A stretch of DNA of 64,000 nucleotides from an uncultured bacterium (GTDB lineage: Bacteria; Electryoneota; RPQS01). The stretch lies in contig CAVTJX010000018.1 in NCBI GenBank assembly GCA_963735175.1, positions 1,061-65,060 of the forward strand, written 5' to 3'. The translations under genes and the position numbers were made by a program. The stretch's first letter is position 1. Every line of letters starts with the position of its first letter. The notes beneath the pieces are model-generated. The model had not been told where the DNA came from. It worked only from the letters and a program-made list of their open reading frames with translations, and did not search any database. Positions 35,031-45,463 of the stretch are shown in pieces.

Positions 35031-35776
35031 ATCGTGATTTGCAGGGCAAAGTCGTCTGGATCACCGGCGCGGCGCGGGGCATCGGTAAAGCCATCGCCCG
35101 GGAACTCGCGGCCCGTGGCGCCTCCCTCGGCTTGACGGACGTGCTCGACGCCGATCTCGCGGCCACCGCGCAGGAAATTGCCGCCGAATATAAAATGCCC
35201 GTGATCCACGGCCGCCTCGATGTCACCGACGCCAAGGGCGCGGACGATTTTGTCCAGCGCTGCAGCGCCGAACTCGGTGGGCTTACGGCCCTCGTCAACA
35301 ACGCCGGCATCACCCGCGATGGTCTTCTCATTCGCATGACCGAAGACGACTTTGACCGTGTTTTAAACGTCAACCTCAAAGGCACCTTCGTCTGCACCAA
35401 AGCCGCGATCCGGGTGATGATGAAGGCCCGCTACGGCAAGATCGTCAACATGGCCTCCGTCGTTGGCCTTTGTGGCAACGCCGGTCAGGCCAATTATGTG
35501 GCGTCCAAGGCCGGCGTTATCGGATTCACAAAAACCGTTGCCATGGAGTTCGGCGCGCGCGGAATTCGCGCCAATGCCGTCGCTCCCGGCTACATTGCCA
35601 CGGATATGACAGAGAAGCTTCCGCCCGAAGTCAAGGACGCCTTTCTGAAATCGATCCCCCTGGGCTGCGCGGGCAGTCCCGACGACGTGGCGCGCGTCTG
35701 TGCCTTCCTCATTTCGCCCGATTCGGATTATATCACCGGTCAGGTTCTCGTTGTGGACGGGGGCATGCACACCTGA
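35027..35776 (+). CDS. fabG: 3-oxoacyl-ACP reductase
   Basis: 249 aa intact; TGAARGIG, NNAGI, YVASKAG; ATGA overlap with fabD. Confidence 0.95.
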   Translation: MNRDLQGKVVWITGAARGIGKAIARELAARGASLGLTDVLDADLAATAQEIAAEYKMPVIHGRLDVTDAKGADDFVQRCSAELGGLTALVNNAGITRDGLLIRMTEDDFDRVLNVNLKGTFVCTKAAIRVMMKARYGKIVNMASVVGLCGNAGQANYVASKAGVIGFTKTVAMEFGARGIRANAVAPGYIATDMTEKLPPEVKDAFLKSIPLGCAGSPDDVARVCAFLISPDSDYITGQVLVVDGGMHT

Positions 35777-35828
35777 GCAGCTTCGTCGTTCCTTTACCTC
35801 GCACTAAACAAACTCGGAGACAGCATTC

Positions 35829-36077
35829 ATGATGGACGTCGAACTCGAATCCAAAGTCCGCAAGATCATCGCGGATCGCCTTCAAGTCGATGAAGCCAGC
35901 GTCACCACCACGGCGAGCTACGTGGAAGATCTCGGCGCCGATTCCCTCGATCTCGTCGAACTCGTGATGGCCTTTGAAGAAGAATTCAAGCTGGAGATCC
36001 CCGATCAGGACGCCGAAAACATGAAGACCGTGGGAGCCTCCGTCGATTACTTGAAGAAGAAACTCGACGAAAAGTAA
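35829..36077 (+). CDS. acpP: Acyl carrier protein
   Basis: [19 protein letters not shown] (phosphopantetheine Ser in DSLD). Confidence 0.95.
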   Translation: MMDVELESKVRKIIADRLQVDEASVTTTASYVEDLGADSLDLVELVMAFEEEFKLEIPDQDAENMKTVGASVDYLKKKLDEK

Positions 36078-36090
36078 AGGGACTGCATTG

Positions 36091-37347
36091 ATGAAACGAC
36101 GGGTGGTAGTCACCGGGATGGGAGTTGTTTCTCCTGTGGGCTCCGGCGTGCCGGCGTTCTGGGAGGCGCTCCGCTCCGGCGTGAGCGGCGCGGGCCCCAT
36201 CACCCTTTTCAACCCCGAAGGCTTCGGCACGACGTTCGCCTGCGAAGTCAAAAACTTCGACTCCTCCCACGTCCTTGATCCGAAGGAAGCGCGCCGCATG
36301 GAACGCTTCACGCAATTCGGGATCGTGGCGGCCCATGCCGCCCTGGCTGACGCCGCGCTCCTGCCCGCCAACGGCGCCCCTGACCTCTCCGGTCTGGGTG
36401 TCATCGTCGGCAGCGGCATCGGCGGCATGCAGGTCTTCGAAGAACAGTGCCGCATCTACCTCGAGAAGGGACCCCGCCGGGTCAGCCCTTTCTTTGTGCC
36501 GATGATGATTCCGGACATCACTGCCGGGCAAATCTCGATCATGTTCGGTCTCCAGGGACCGAATTTCGCGGTCGTTTCCGCCTGTGCCACGGCCGGGCAC
36601 TCGCTGCATATGGCGCTGCGTCTTATCCAGGCGGGTGAGGCCGACGTCATGGTGGCGGGCGGCACCGAAGCGCCCATTACGCATATGGGCGTCTGCGGCT
36701 TCAATGCCCTCAAGGCGCTTTCCACCCGCAACGATGAACCCCAGCGCGCCTCCCGGCCCTTCGACCGTGACCGCGACGGTTTCGTCATGGGTGAAGGCTC
36801 AGCCATCATGATCCTCGAGGAACTCGAGCACGCCAAACAGCGCGGCGCACACATCTACGCCGAATTCCTCGGCGCGGGAGCAAGCGCCGACGCCTTCCAC
36901 ATTACCGCTCCGCACACCGATGGCCTCGGTGCCCGGCGTGCCATGGAAGCGGCCATCAAGGACTCCGGCATTCGCCCCGAGGATGTCAACTACGTCAACG
37001 CCCACGGCACCTCCACCGACGTCGGCGACCCCGCCGAATCGCGGGCCGTGCGCGCCGTGTTCGGCGCTCATGCCGACAAACTCGCGGTTTCGTCGACCAA
37101 GTCCATGACCGGCCACTGCCTCGGCGCGGCCGGCGCCATTGAAGCCGCCGCCAGCATCCTGGCCACTCGCGATGATATCGTGCCTCCCACGATCAATCTC
37201 GAAAACCAGGATCCGGAGTGCGATCTTTACTACGTTCCGAACAAGGCCGAGTCGCGCACCGTCAATGTCGCGATTTCCAATTCGTTCGGGTTCGGCGGCC
37301 ACAACTCCACAGTCGTCTTCGCTAAGCCGGGCTTCCGGGGAGTGTAA
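36091..37347 (+). CDS. fabF: 3-oxoacyl-ACP synthase II
   Basis: ~418 aa intact; VVVTGMG, SACATAGH (active-site Cys), NAHGTST, SFGFGGHN. Confidence 0.95.
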   Translation: MKRRVVVTGMGVVSPVGSGVPAFWEALRSGVSGAGPITLFNPEGFGTTFACEVKNFDSSHVLDPKEARRMERFTQFGIVAAHAALADAALLPANGAPDLSGLGVIVGSGIGGMQVFEEQCRIYLEKGPRRVSPFFVPMMIPDITAGQISIMFGLQGPNFAVVSACATAGHSLHMALRLIQAGEADVMVAGGTEAPITHMGVCGFNALKALSTRNDEPQRASRPFDRDRDGFVMGEGSAIMILEELEHAKQRGAHIYAEFLGAGASADAFHITAPHTDGLGARRAMEAAIKDSGIRPEDVNYVNAHGTSTDVGDPAESRAVRAVFGAHADKLAVSSTKSMTGHCLGAAGAIEAAASILATRDDIVPPTINLENQDPECDLYYVPNKAESRTVNVAISNSFGFGGHNSTVVFAKPGFRGV

Positions 37348-37365
37348 TCCAGGGCACTGTTAGCG

Positions 37366-38152
37366 ATGTTTTGGCCCTTCCACCTGTTCCGACGCCGCTC
37401 CGCGCCAGTTTCCCGCGAAACCCTCAATCAGGTTCGCGGTCTGCAACGGAACATCGGATATCGCTTTCGCGATAAATCTCTGCTGGTGGATGCGCTCAAA
37501 CATCGCTCCGCGCTGCCCCTCTTCAACGAAGACCGCTCGCGCTCCAATGAACGCCTCGAATTCCTTGGCGACGCGGTCCTCGACTTCATCGTCGCGGAAT
37601 ATTTCTACCACCTCTTTCCGACGATGGCCGAAGGCGAACTCACCAAGCTGCGCTCCGTGATTGCCAGCGGCTCTGTACTCGTCCGCGCGGCGCAGAAAAT
37701 CGGCCTCGGCCAGTTCATACTCTTAAGTCCCAACGAGGATCGCACCGGCGGCCGCGATCGCGCCTCCATTCTGGAAGACGCCTTCGAAGCTCTCATCGGC
37801 GCGATCTACCTCGACGGCGGCCGCGATTCCGCCCGGGATTTCATCGAAACGCACCTGCTCGGCAACTGGAAAGAAATCGTCCAGCAGCGTGAATTCGTCA
37901 ATTACAAGAGCCTGATTCTCGAACATGTTCAGGCCCGTCAATGGTCGGCTCCGGTCTACGCGCTGCGTGAAGAATCCGGTCCGGATCACCTCAAACGCTT
38001 CGTCGTCGAAGTCCTGATCAACGGCGTGGTTCACGGCAGGGGAGAGGGACTTCTCGAAGAAGTCCGCCGAACAGCAGGCCGCTTACAGCACGGCGCTTCA
38101 ATTGGGTCTGCTGCCCCGCGGAAAGTCCGATTCTGAAACCAATCCGGAATAG
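37366..38152 (+). CDS. rnc: Ribonuclease III; frame break near 38045
   Basis: NERLEFLGDAVL signature, EDAFEALIGAIYLD and a dsRBD. The tail SRKKSAEQQAAYSTALQLG is in the +1 frame, and the stop then falls at 38150-38152. Confidence 0.9.
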
Positions 38153-38193
38153 CCGTCCGGTCCGTCGTCACCGGGCACACACATTCATCGTGC

Positions 38194-38466
38194 ATGAATC
38201 CGCAGCCGATTTTTTGTTCCCGGTGTGGCGGGCTCTTGGGTCTGCAGTTACATGAAGGCCGAGAGCGTCCCGTGTGCGCGGCATGCGGGCGCGTCGTCTA
38301 TCGGAATTCTGCACCCTCGGTCGCGGCCATTCTGTTTCGGGAGGGCCGCGTTCTGTATCTAAAAGGAACATTCGGCTCCGTTTGCGGACTGCCGTCGAAA
38401 CACTCAAATTCTTCGAAAACATATGCGCCGCGGGTTAAACACCCCCTCAAGCGAGTGATTGCATGA
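38194..38466 (+). pseudogene. Possible truncated NUDIX-hydrolase remnant (zinc-ribbon N-terminus only)
   Basis: CSRCGG...CAACGRVVYRNSAPSVAAILFREGRVL resembles the N-terminus of zinc-ribbon NUDIX proteins. No Nudix box follows, and the next gene starts at 38463. Confidence 0.3.
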
Positions 38467-39938
38467 ACAAGCTTCTTTTGCTGATCTCCCTGACTTTGCT
38501 GCTGACCGTCTTGGCAATCGCCATCGGCGGCTGTGACATTGAAGAGACAGAACCCCCGCAGGCGGGTTCCGTCGCGGTCAATCTGACCGAACCCGGGACT
38601 CATCCCGACAGCAGCCTCGCCATCACCGGGGCGCGCATCTTCATCGACGGCGTCGAGACTCCCCGCGTCACCCCGGCGACACTCTCCGGCATTTCCGCCG
38701 GCCCGCACCGCATCGGCGTCTTCAAACCCGGCTATGTTGACACCGCGATGGTCGTCGATGTGGTAGCGCATCAGGTCACTCCCGCCTGGCTGCAGACGGT
38801 GACGATCCTCGAAAGCGGTATTATCCGGCTGTTGCGCGTTCCCGCCGAAACGGAACTCGTTGTTAATGGAATCCATGTGTCGAACGGTCTCTACAATCCC
38901 GCCGACACATCGCTTGAATTCACTTCCGTCGGTGTCGGCACGTTCAATGTGACCGCCTTTCGTCCTGGTTACGCCACCGCCTTGCCCGCGCGTTGGACCG
39001 TCGACCTCACCCCCGGCACCGTCGCGTCACTGGCGCCTGTCTTCATCCGTGCCGATAGCGGTATCGCCCCCGGCAACCTTGCGCCCGATTTCACGCTGCC
39101 CAGCGACTGGGACAGCACGCTTTACAGCCTGCATGATTTCCGCGGCCGCGTCGTGCTTGTCAGCTTCTTCTTTTACAACTGCACCGCCTGCGTCGAGGAA
39201 ATGCCCTACATCTCTGCAGTTTATAACGATCCACGCTATGCGGGCCGTGTGCAGTTCATCGGCATTGACTTTTCAGACACCTATGATGTCTTCGCCAGCT
39301 TCCGCGAAGATCATCCGTCCCTCGATGTCCGCTTCCCCCTCGTGCATGACCGCTACCGCGGCGCTAAGGACGCCTACAACGTCTTCACCATGCCCGCCAA
39401 TTACATCGTCGATCCCTCGGGCCGCATCAGCAGTGTGCAGGGTGCGCTATCAGAAACCGGTCTCCGCCAGGTCGTCGATCAATTGCTCGAGAATCAGGAC
39501 CGCCCCACGTTGCGCTTCGCCATGCGCGACACGCTTGTCACTTACACGAATCCGCTGCACGACGCGGAGTTCTACGGTACGATCGAAAATCTGACGGCGT
39601 TTGACCGGCCCGTGCATCTCACCGTTACCCCCGTAGTTTTCGCCGACACGGCCCGCCAGACCGGCGCCTGTGTCGCGTCCGATTGCTTTGCGCCATGCTC
39701 GGGCCCAATCGACTGGCCCCTCGTCGCCCGGGCAAACCGTGCCGATTCCGTGCGCATTACGATCTACAGCCGCATCTCCGACTGGTCACTCGGTTTCCCC
39801 ATGCCGCAGGACAGCGCGCTGATCGGTGACTATACCCTGGATGTTAGCGTCGTGCCCGATGACAATGCCGCCGAGCGCGCCACATACCGCCTGCACCTGA
39901 CTCGCGGCGGCAGTGGTTTCGCTTTCCAGCTTCCGTAA
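38463..39938 (+). CDS. Lipoprotein with PEGA domain(s) and a TlpA/AhpC-TSA thioredoxin-fold domain (CTAC)
   Basis: Signal plus lipobox AIGGC; PEGA-like GARIFIDGVETPRVTPATL...GPHRIGVFKPGY; LAPDFTLP...GRVVLVSFFFYNCTACVEE; 491 aa intact. Confidence 0.75.
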   Translation: MNKLLLLISLTLLLTVLAIAIGGCDIEETEPPQAGSVAVNLTEPGTHPDSSLAITGARIFIDGVETPRVTPATLSGISAGPHRIGVFKPGYVDTAMVVDVVAHQVTPAWLQTVTILESGIIRLLRVPAETELVVNGIHVSNGLYNPADTSLEFTSVGVGTFNVTAFRPGYATALPARWTVDLTPGTVASLAPVFIRADSGIAPGNLAPDFTLPSDWDSTLYSLHDFRGRVVLVSFFFYNCTACVEEMPYISAVYNDPRYAGRVQFIGIDFSDTYDVFASFREDHPSLDVRFPLVHDRYRGAKDAYNVFTMPANYIVDPSGRISSVQGALSETGLRQVVDQLLENQDRPTLRFAMRDTLVTYTNPLHDAEFYGTIENLTAFDRPVHLTVTPVVFADTARQTGACVASDCFAPCSGPIDWPLVARANRADSVRITIYSRISDWSLGFPMPQDSALIGDYTLDVSVVPDDNAAERATYRLHLTRGGSGFAFQLP

Positions 39939-39966
39939 ATGTCGAACCGTTGAAAGGACGCCTCCC

Positions 39967-40464
39967 GTGAAAAAATTGCTTCTTTGGACTGCTGCATTAT
40001 TGATCATGGCATCCCTTACGGCCAACGCCTTTGCGGATAGCCGCGACTGGTCGCTCGTGGACACCAAGGGCGAGACCTTTGCCACCGCCACGCAGCTCGG
40101 TGACGCTCCCGCACTGCTGATCTTCTGGGCCACTTGGTGTGCCCCCTGTAAGAAGGAACTGGCTGACCTCAAGCCCTACTTCGACGGTCTGGTCGACAAG
40201 GGGTACCATGTGGTTCTGATCTCCGAGGACAATGCCAAAACGCAAAGCAAAGTCAAGCCTTATATCGATTCCAAGAAGTTCACCTGGCCGGTGCTGCTCG
40301 ACCCCTCCGGGGAAGTGCTGAAGCGCTATGGCGGTACGTCGCTGCCCTTCACGGTAGTGCTGGACAAAGACGGCAAAGCCGCGCAGAAATTCCGGGGCGC
40401 AATTTCCGATACCGGCGCCCTCACCCGTCAGCTCGACAACCTGCGGGGGGATACGGGTGAGTAA
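39967..40464 (+). CDS. TlpA/ResA-family periplasmic thiol:disulfide oxidoreductase
   Basis: A GTG start gives VKKLLLWTAALLIMASLTANA (signal), then ALLIFWATWCAPCKKE (WCxxC). Confidence 0.85.
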   Translation: MKKLLLWTAALLIMASLTANAFADSRDWSLVDTKGETFATATQLGDAPALLIFWATWCAPCKKELADLKPYFDGLVDKGYHVVLISEDNAKTQSKVKPYIDSKKFTWPVLLDPSGEVLKRYGGTSLPFTVVLDKDGKAAQKFRGAISDTGALTRQLDNLRGDTGE

Positions 40465-41970
40465 GCGCCTTGCCGCCTTCGTCTTCGGGATCTGCCTGAT
40501 CGTCGGCGCTGCCCGCGCTGAAGAGACGACTCCCATCACCATCGAAGGCTCCAATTTCCTCCGCTACGACAACGGCCGGGAAGTCGATACACGCCGCGCC
40601 GATTTCAGTTTTCCCGATAATACGATCAAGCGCCCCTTCTTCGAAGATCGCTTGCAGTTGGATATCTTCCGCGGCAATTTGCGCCTCGGCGGCCGCTTCC
40701 TCTACTTCCGGCCGTCCACCGAGGACCAATATCGCGACGCGCTGCTCGAACAGAATCGCATCGACAAACGTTATCTCGAAGCGACTTTCGCCCCGTTCCG
40801 TCTCCGTGTCGGCCATTTCAGCGACGTCTGGGGAAACGGACTTGCCTTCAGCGCGTTTGAGAATCGTGACATATATTTCGATTCGGAACTCGACGGCGCG
40901 CACGTGCAGTTCGAAAGCGAACCGTTTTTCTTCACCGTCCTCCGCGGCAATTCGGAAGACGGCCGCCTCGTCAAGCGCACCGAAGTCACTGCCGCTCGCG
41001 GCAACCTCCGCGCGCTGGGTCAATCCCTCGGCGTTAACTACGTAGTTCAGGACAGCGGCGCTTATCCTGAAACGCATGTCTCGTCTTCTCGACTGGCGCT
41101 TCTTCTCGCGGCCTGTTTACGGTCTACGGCGAGCGCGCCTGGAATGAGTCAAAACTCGCGCTGCAACCCGTCCGCGGTCATGCCACCTACGTCGGCTCCG
41201 TCCTCAGCAAATGGAGCTGGTCGCTGCTGCTCGAATACAAGGACTATGACTACGTTGTGGCTACGCCGTTCCAGAATCCCGCCACGGCCTACCGCGAACT
41301 GGGCCCACGCCTCCTGCAGGGCCGCGAACCGCACGTCCTCAACATTCCGAATGAGACGGGCTATCAGGCGGAACTCTCCGGCCAACTGACCGCGTCGACG
41401 TTCACGACGTTGCACTACAACCTCTCCAGCCGCCACCCGAAAGATCAGAGTGGCATCCCGCTGCCCACGCTGCATCAGGCCGATGCGCCCTTCTGGGAAC
41501 TCTTCGCCAGCGCCGAGCAGGATCTGCCGCAGGGCCGCCGCCTGACGGTCGAACTGGGCGCCAACGAGGAGGCTGCTGTGCTATGGCAAAAGCGCCAGTG
41601 GGCCATGGTGCGCCTCACGACACCCGTGCGCGGTCCGCATGCGCTGGAACTCGAAACCGAAACCCTGCTCATTACCGACAAGTTGCGCGACGATCAGAAA
41701 TTCACCGACCAGCTCGTCTCCCTCGGCTGGTCCAACGGCGGCAGCATGTCGGTCACCTTCGGAAGCGAATTCAGCACGGATGACGCGCTGAAGCAGCGGG
41801 AAGGCAAGAACTGGCCTTTCGCCGAAGCCGCCTTGGTCTCCGGCGGTGGCCGCAATCGCCTCAGCGTTTTTTACGGACGCGAACGCGGCGGTCTGCGCTG
41901 CTCTAATGGCGTTTGCCGTCAAGTTCAGGCTTTCTCGGGTGTGCGCGTAACCATGGAAACGAGTCTCTAA
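40457..41970 (+). CDS. Putative outer-membrane beta-barrel protein (DUF6029-like); at least two frame breaks (~41075-41115)
   Basis: Signal peptide MSKRLAAFVFGICLIVGAARA, alternating beta-strand-like sequence, and a C-terminal GGLRCSNGVCRQVQAFSGVRVTMETSL. The family assignment is from memory only. Confidence 0.55.
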
Positions 41971-41972
41971 CC

Positions 41973-43365
41973 GTGGCCCAAACCGAGGATCCACGCCGTC
42001 AGTTGCCGGGGGTGGATGCCCTGTTGGCGCATCCTCTTGTGATCAACCGGAGTGGCCAGGCCTCGCCCGAGATTCTCGCCTCCATCATTCGTGACATCCT
42101 GAGCGTGGCTCGCGATCGTATCGCAGCCGGTAAGCCCGCGCCTTCGCACGACGACCTGGCGACGGCTGTGCTGCGTGAAGTGAGCGCCCTCGCCAATGCC
42201 GCGCCGCGCCGCGTCATCAACGCCACCGGCGTCATTTTACACACGGGTCTCGGCCGCGCTCCGCTGTGTGATGAGGCGGTGGCGGCAATCATGAAGGCGG
42301 CGCGCTATGCCGACGTTGAATTCGATCTCGCCAGCGGCGACCGGGGCGACCGCACGCGGCATGTCGAAGCTCTGCTCACCCGCATCACTGGCGCCGAAGC
42401 TGCCTTCGTGGTCAATAATAATGCCGCCGCGCTGTATCTTGGCTTGAATGTTCTCGGCTACCGTCAGGAAGTCATCGTCTCGCGCGGCCAGCTTATCGAA
42501 ATCGGTGGTAGCTTCCGCCTGCCCGATATCATGGCCCGCAGCGGCGTGAAGCTGGTGGAAGTCGGCACCACGAATCGCACGCGTCTCGACGACTACCGGG
42601 CCGCGATTACCGAGCGCACGGCGCTCCTCCTCGCTGCCCACCCGTCCAATTACCGCATCTCGGGATTCACGGAGTCCGTATCCATCGAAGCCCTGGCGGC
42701 GCTGGGCAAAGAGCGGGGAATACCTGTCGTCGACGATGTCGGCAACGGCCTCTTGTGGGATTGGAGTAATCTCGGATTGCCGCCCGAACCCTGCGTCGCG
42801 GCGAGTCTCGCCGCGGGGTCTGATCTTGTGCTGGTTTCCGGCGACAAGGCGCTTGGTGGCCCGCAATGCGGCATCATCCTCGGGTCGAAATCGCTTGTGA
42901 CCCGCTTGAAAAAGAATGCTCTGGCACGCGTTCTGCGTACCGATAAGCTGACCCTGAGCGCCCTCGATGCCACGCTGCGCGCCTATCTGGATCGTTCACA
43001 ACTTGCGCGGCGCATCCCCTTCTGGAGTATGCTGACCGCACCGCTGGACGAATTGCGCGCGCGGGCCGCCAGACTGAAGCGTCGCATCAGAGCCGCTCGT
43101 GCAGTGGCAAACGCTCGAAATATGTGACTCCGAATCAGAAGCGGGTTCCGGCACTCTGCCCGCCGTCGGTCTGCCCAGCATCGCTCTCCGCGCGCTTCCC
43201 GAAGGATGGAGCGCGGGAACATGGGCGTTGCGACTCCGCAACGCTGCGATTCCCGTAATCGGCAGTGTGCGTCAGAACATGCTCTGGTTGGATATGCGAA
43301 CCGTGGCCGATGCCGAAGAAGACCTATTGGTCGATTCGGTTACCGCCGCGTTGCAAAGGAGGTAG
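41973..43365 (+). CDS. selA: L-seryl-tRNA(Sec) selenium transferase; frame break near 43095
   Basis: RRVINATGVILHTGLGRAPL, VVNNNAAA, VSRGQLIEIGGSFRLPD, EVGTTNRT, SGDKALGGPQCGII. The C-terminus (SGTLPAVGLPS...PVIGSV) is in the +1 frame. The GTG start lies 2 nt after the upstream stop. Confidence 0.9.
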
Positions 43366-43368
43366 TCC

Positions 43369-44667
43369 ATGCTCCGTTGGGTCACGATTTTCCTGGCCGT
43401 GGTGCTGCTGCCCCTGTCTGTTTTCGCGGCGCATGTGCAGTGGGCCGTCATCGACGGCGCAATTGGGCCTGTCGCGAACGAGATTATCGCGTCCGCTGTC
43501 GCCGCCGCCGAAGCGGATTCCGCGATCGCCCTGATCATCGAGCTCGACACGCCCGGCGGCTTGCTTTCTACCACACGCATTATCTGCAAGACATTGCTCG
43601 CCGCCAAAGTGCCGGTCGTCGTCTATGTGTCGCCTTCCGGTGCGCGCGCCGGATCGGCGGGTGTCTTCATTACGCTGGCGGCGCACATCGCCGTGATGGC
43701 CCCCGGTACCAACATCGGCGCGGCGCATCCCGTGGGAATTGGCGGCGATGGCAGCGGGGACACTTCGCGGGTCATGGCTGCGAAGGTGACCAATGATGCC
43801 GCCGCCTTTGCCCGCACGTTGGCCGAACGCCACGGGCGAAATTCGGATTGGGCCGAACGCGCCGTACGCAACAGTATCTCGGCGACGGAAACCGAGGCGC
43901 TGCGCGAGAATGTGATCGACTTCATCGCGTCTTCGCGCGACAGCCTGCTGCTGCTGCTCGATGGGCGGGTGGTGAACGTGAATGGACGCTCCGATACGCT
44001 GCATACGGCGCATGCCACTGTGCGTGAAAAGCCGGTGGGCTTTCGCCTCAAGCTCCTCAGCATTATCGGCGATCCGAATATTGTCTACATCCTGCTGCTG
44101 CTCGGCATCTACGGTTTGTTCTTTGAATTGTACAATCCGGGCGCGATTCTGCCCGGTGTTGTTGGCAGCCTCTCGCTGATCCTCGCCTTCTATAGCCTGC
44201 AACTGCTGCCCGTCAACTGGGCCGGAGTATTGCTGATTCTGTTGGCGCTGATCTTGTTTATCCTTGAAATCAAGGTCACCAGCTACGGCCTGCTCAGCGT
44301 CGGCGGGGTGGTCGCCATGATCCTTGGCTCGCTGATGCTCTTCGACGGAGCGGCCAGAACGCAAGGAGTCCGCGTGGGCCTGGAACTGATTATTTCCGCC
44401 TCCATTGTTACGGCGCTCTTTTTCGCTTTCATCGTCGGCATGGGAATCCGTGCCCAGAAGCGCAAGGTAGCGACCGGCAAGGAGGGCATGGTCGGCGAAA
44501 TTGGCACCGTGTCCATTGCTCTTAACCCGCGCGGCAAAATCCGCGTCCGCGGGGAGTGGTGGGATGCGGAAAGCGAGACCCCAATCCCCGTGGAAACGCG
44601 GGTCCGGGTCGTCGGTGTAATGGAGAACATGGTTCTGAAGGTCGAACCCGTGAAGGAAACGGTCTAA
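43369..44667 (+). CDS. NfeD-family membrane-bound ClpP-class serine protease
   Basis: 432 aa intact; [37 protein letters not shown] block, C-terminal OB-like NfeD domain. Confidence 0.85.
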   Translation: MLRWVTIFLAVVLLPLSVFAAHVQWAVIDGAIGPVANEIIASAVAAAEADSAIALIIELDTPGGLLSTTRIICKTLLAAKVPVVVYVSPSGARAGSAGVFITLAAHIAVMAPGTNIGAAHPVGIGGDGSGDTSRVMAAKVTNDAAAFARTLAERHGRNSDWAERAVRNSISATETEALRENVIDFIASSRDSLLLLLDGRVVNVNGRSDTLHTAHATVREKPVGFRLKLLSIIGDPNIVYILLLLGIYGLFFELYNPGAILPGVVGSLSLILAFYSLQLLPVNWAGVLLILLALILFILEIKVTSYGLLSVGGVVAMILGSLMLFDGAARTQGVRVGLELIISASIVTALFFAFIVGMGIRAQKRKVATGKEGMVGEIGTVSIALNPRGKIRVRGEWWDAESETPIPVETRVRVVGVMENMVLKVEPVKETV

Positions 44668-44695
44668 GCTTCCCGGTCAACCGAAGGAGACGATT

Positions 44696-45457
44696 ATGCT
44701 GCCGTTTTATGGATTTCTGCTCGTTTTCGCGATCTTTATTCTTGCCTCCGCGATTCGCATCCTCAACGAGTACGAGCGCGGCGTCATTTTCCGCCTCGGA
44801 CGTGTGATTGGTGTCAAAGGTCCCGGTCTCATTCTGCTCATTCCCATCGTCGATCGGATGGTCAAGGTCAGCCTGCGTACCGTGGTCTTCGATGTCCCCC
44901 CTCAGGACATCATCACCAGTGACAACGTATCCATGCAGGTGAACGCCGTCGTTTTCTTCCGTGTCATCGACCCCCAGAAAGCCGTGATCGAAGTGGAGAA
45001 CTTCCTCTTCGCCACCAGCCAGATTTCGCAGACGACTCTCCGCAGCGTCCTCGGCCAAGTCGTCCTCGATGATCTCCTCTCGCAACGGGACAAGATCAAC
45101 GATCAACTCCAGTCCATCATCGATCAGCAGACCGAACCGTGGGGTATCAAGGTCTCGCTCGTCGAAGTCAAGCATGTGGACCTGCCGCAGGAGATGAAGC
45201 GCGCCATGTCCCGTCAGGCCGAAGCCGAACGCGAACGCCGCGCAAAGGTCATCGCCGCCGAAGGCGAACGCCAGGCCGCCGATCAGCTTACGGCCGCCGC
45301 CGCGATCATTGAACAGCATCCGACCGCAATCCAGCTCCGCTTCCTGCAAACCCTCGTCGAAGTCGCCTCGGAGAATAATTCGACGACGATTTTCCCTGTT
45401 CCCATCGACTTGCTCGGCCCACTGATGCGCAAATACGATGATAAGCGACACGACTAA
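44696..45457 (+). CDS. SPFH/band-7 (stomatin-like) protein
   Basis: 253 aa intact; [15 protein letters not shown], Ala/Glu-rich coiled coil [19 protein letters not shown]. Confidence 0.9.
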   Translation: MLPFYGFLLVFAIFILASAIRILNEYERGVIFRLGRVIGVKGPGLILLIPIVDRMVKVSLRTVVFDVPPQDIITSDNVSMQVNAVVFFRVIDPQKAVIEVENFLFATSQISQTTLRSVLGQVVLDDLLSQRDKINDQLQSIIDQQTEPWGIKVSLVEVKHVDLPQEMKRAMSRQAEAERERRAKVIAAEGERQAADQLTAAAAIIEQHPTAIQLRFLQTLVEVASENNSTTIFPVPIDLLGPLMRKYDDKRHD

Positions 45458-45463
45458 AAGGGA

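Noticed and set aside
39150-40160. CxxC redox proteins as in-window selenoproteins.
   Set aside because: Both motifs (CTAC at about 39180 and WCAPC at about 40140) are encoded with TGC/TGT codons, and the ORFs are uninterrupted. There is no in-frame TGA.
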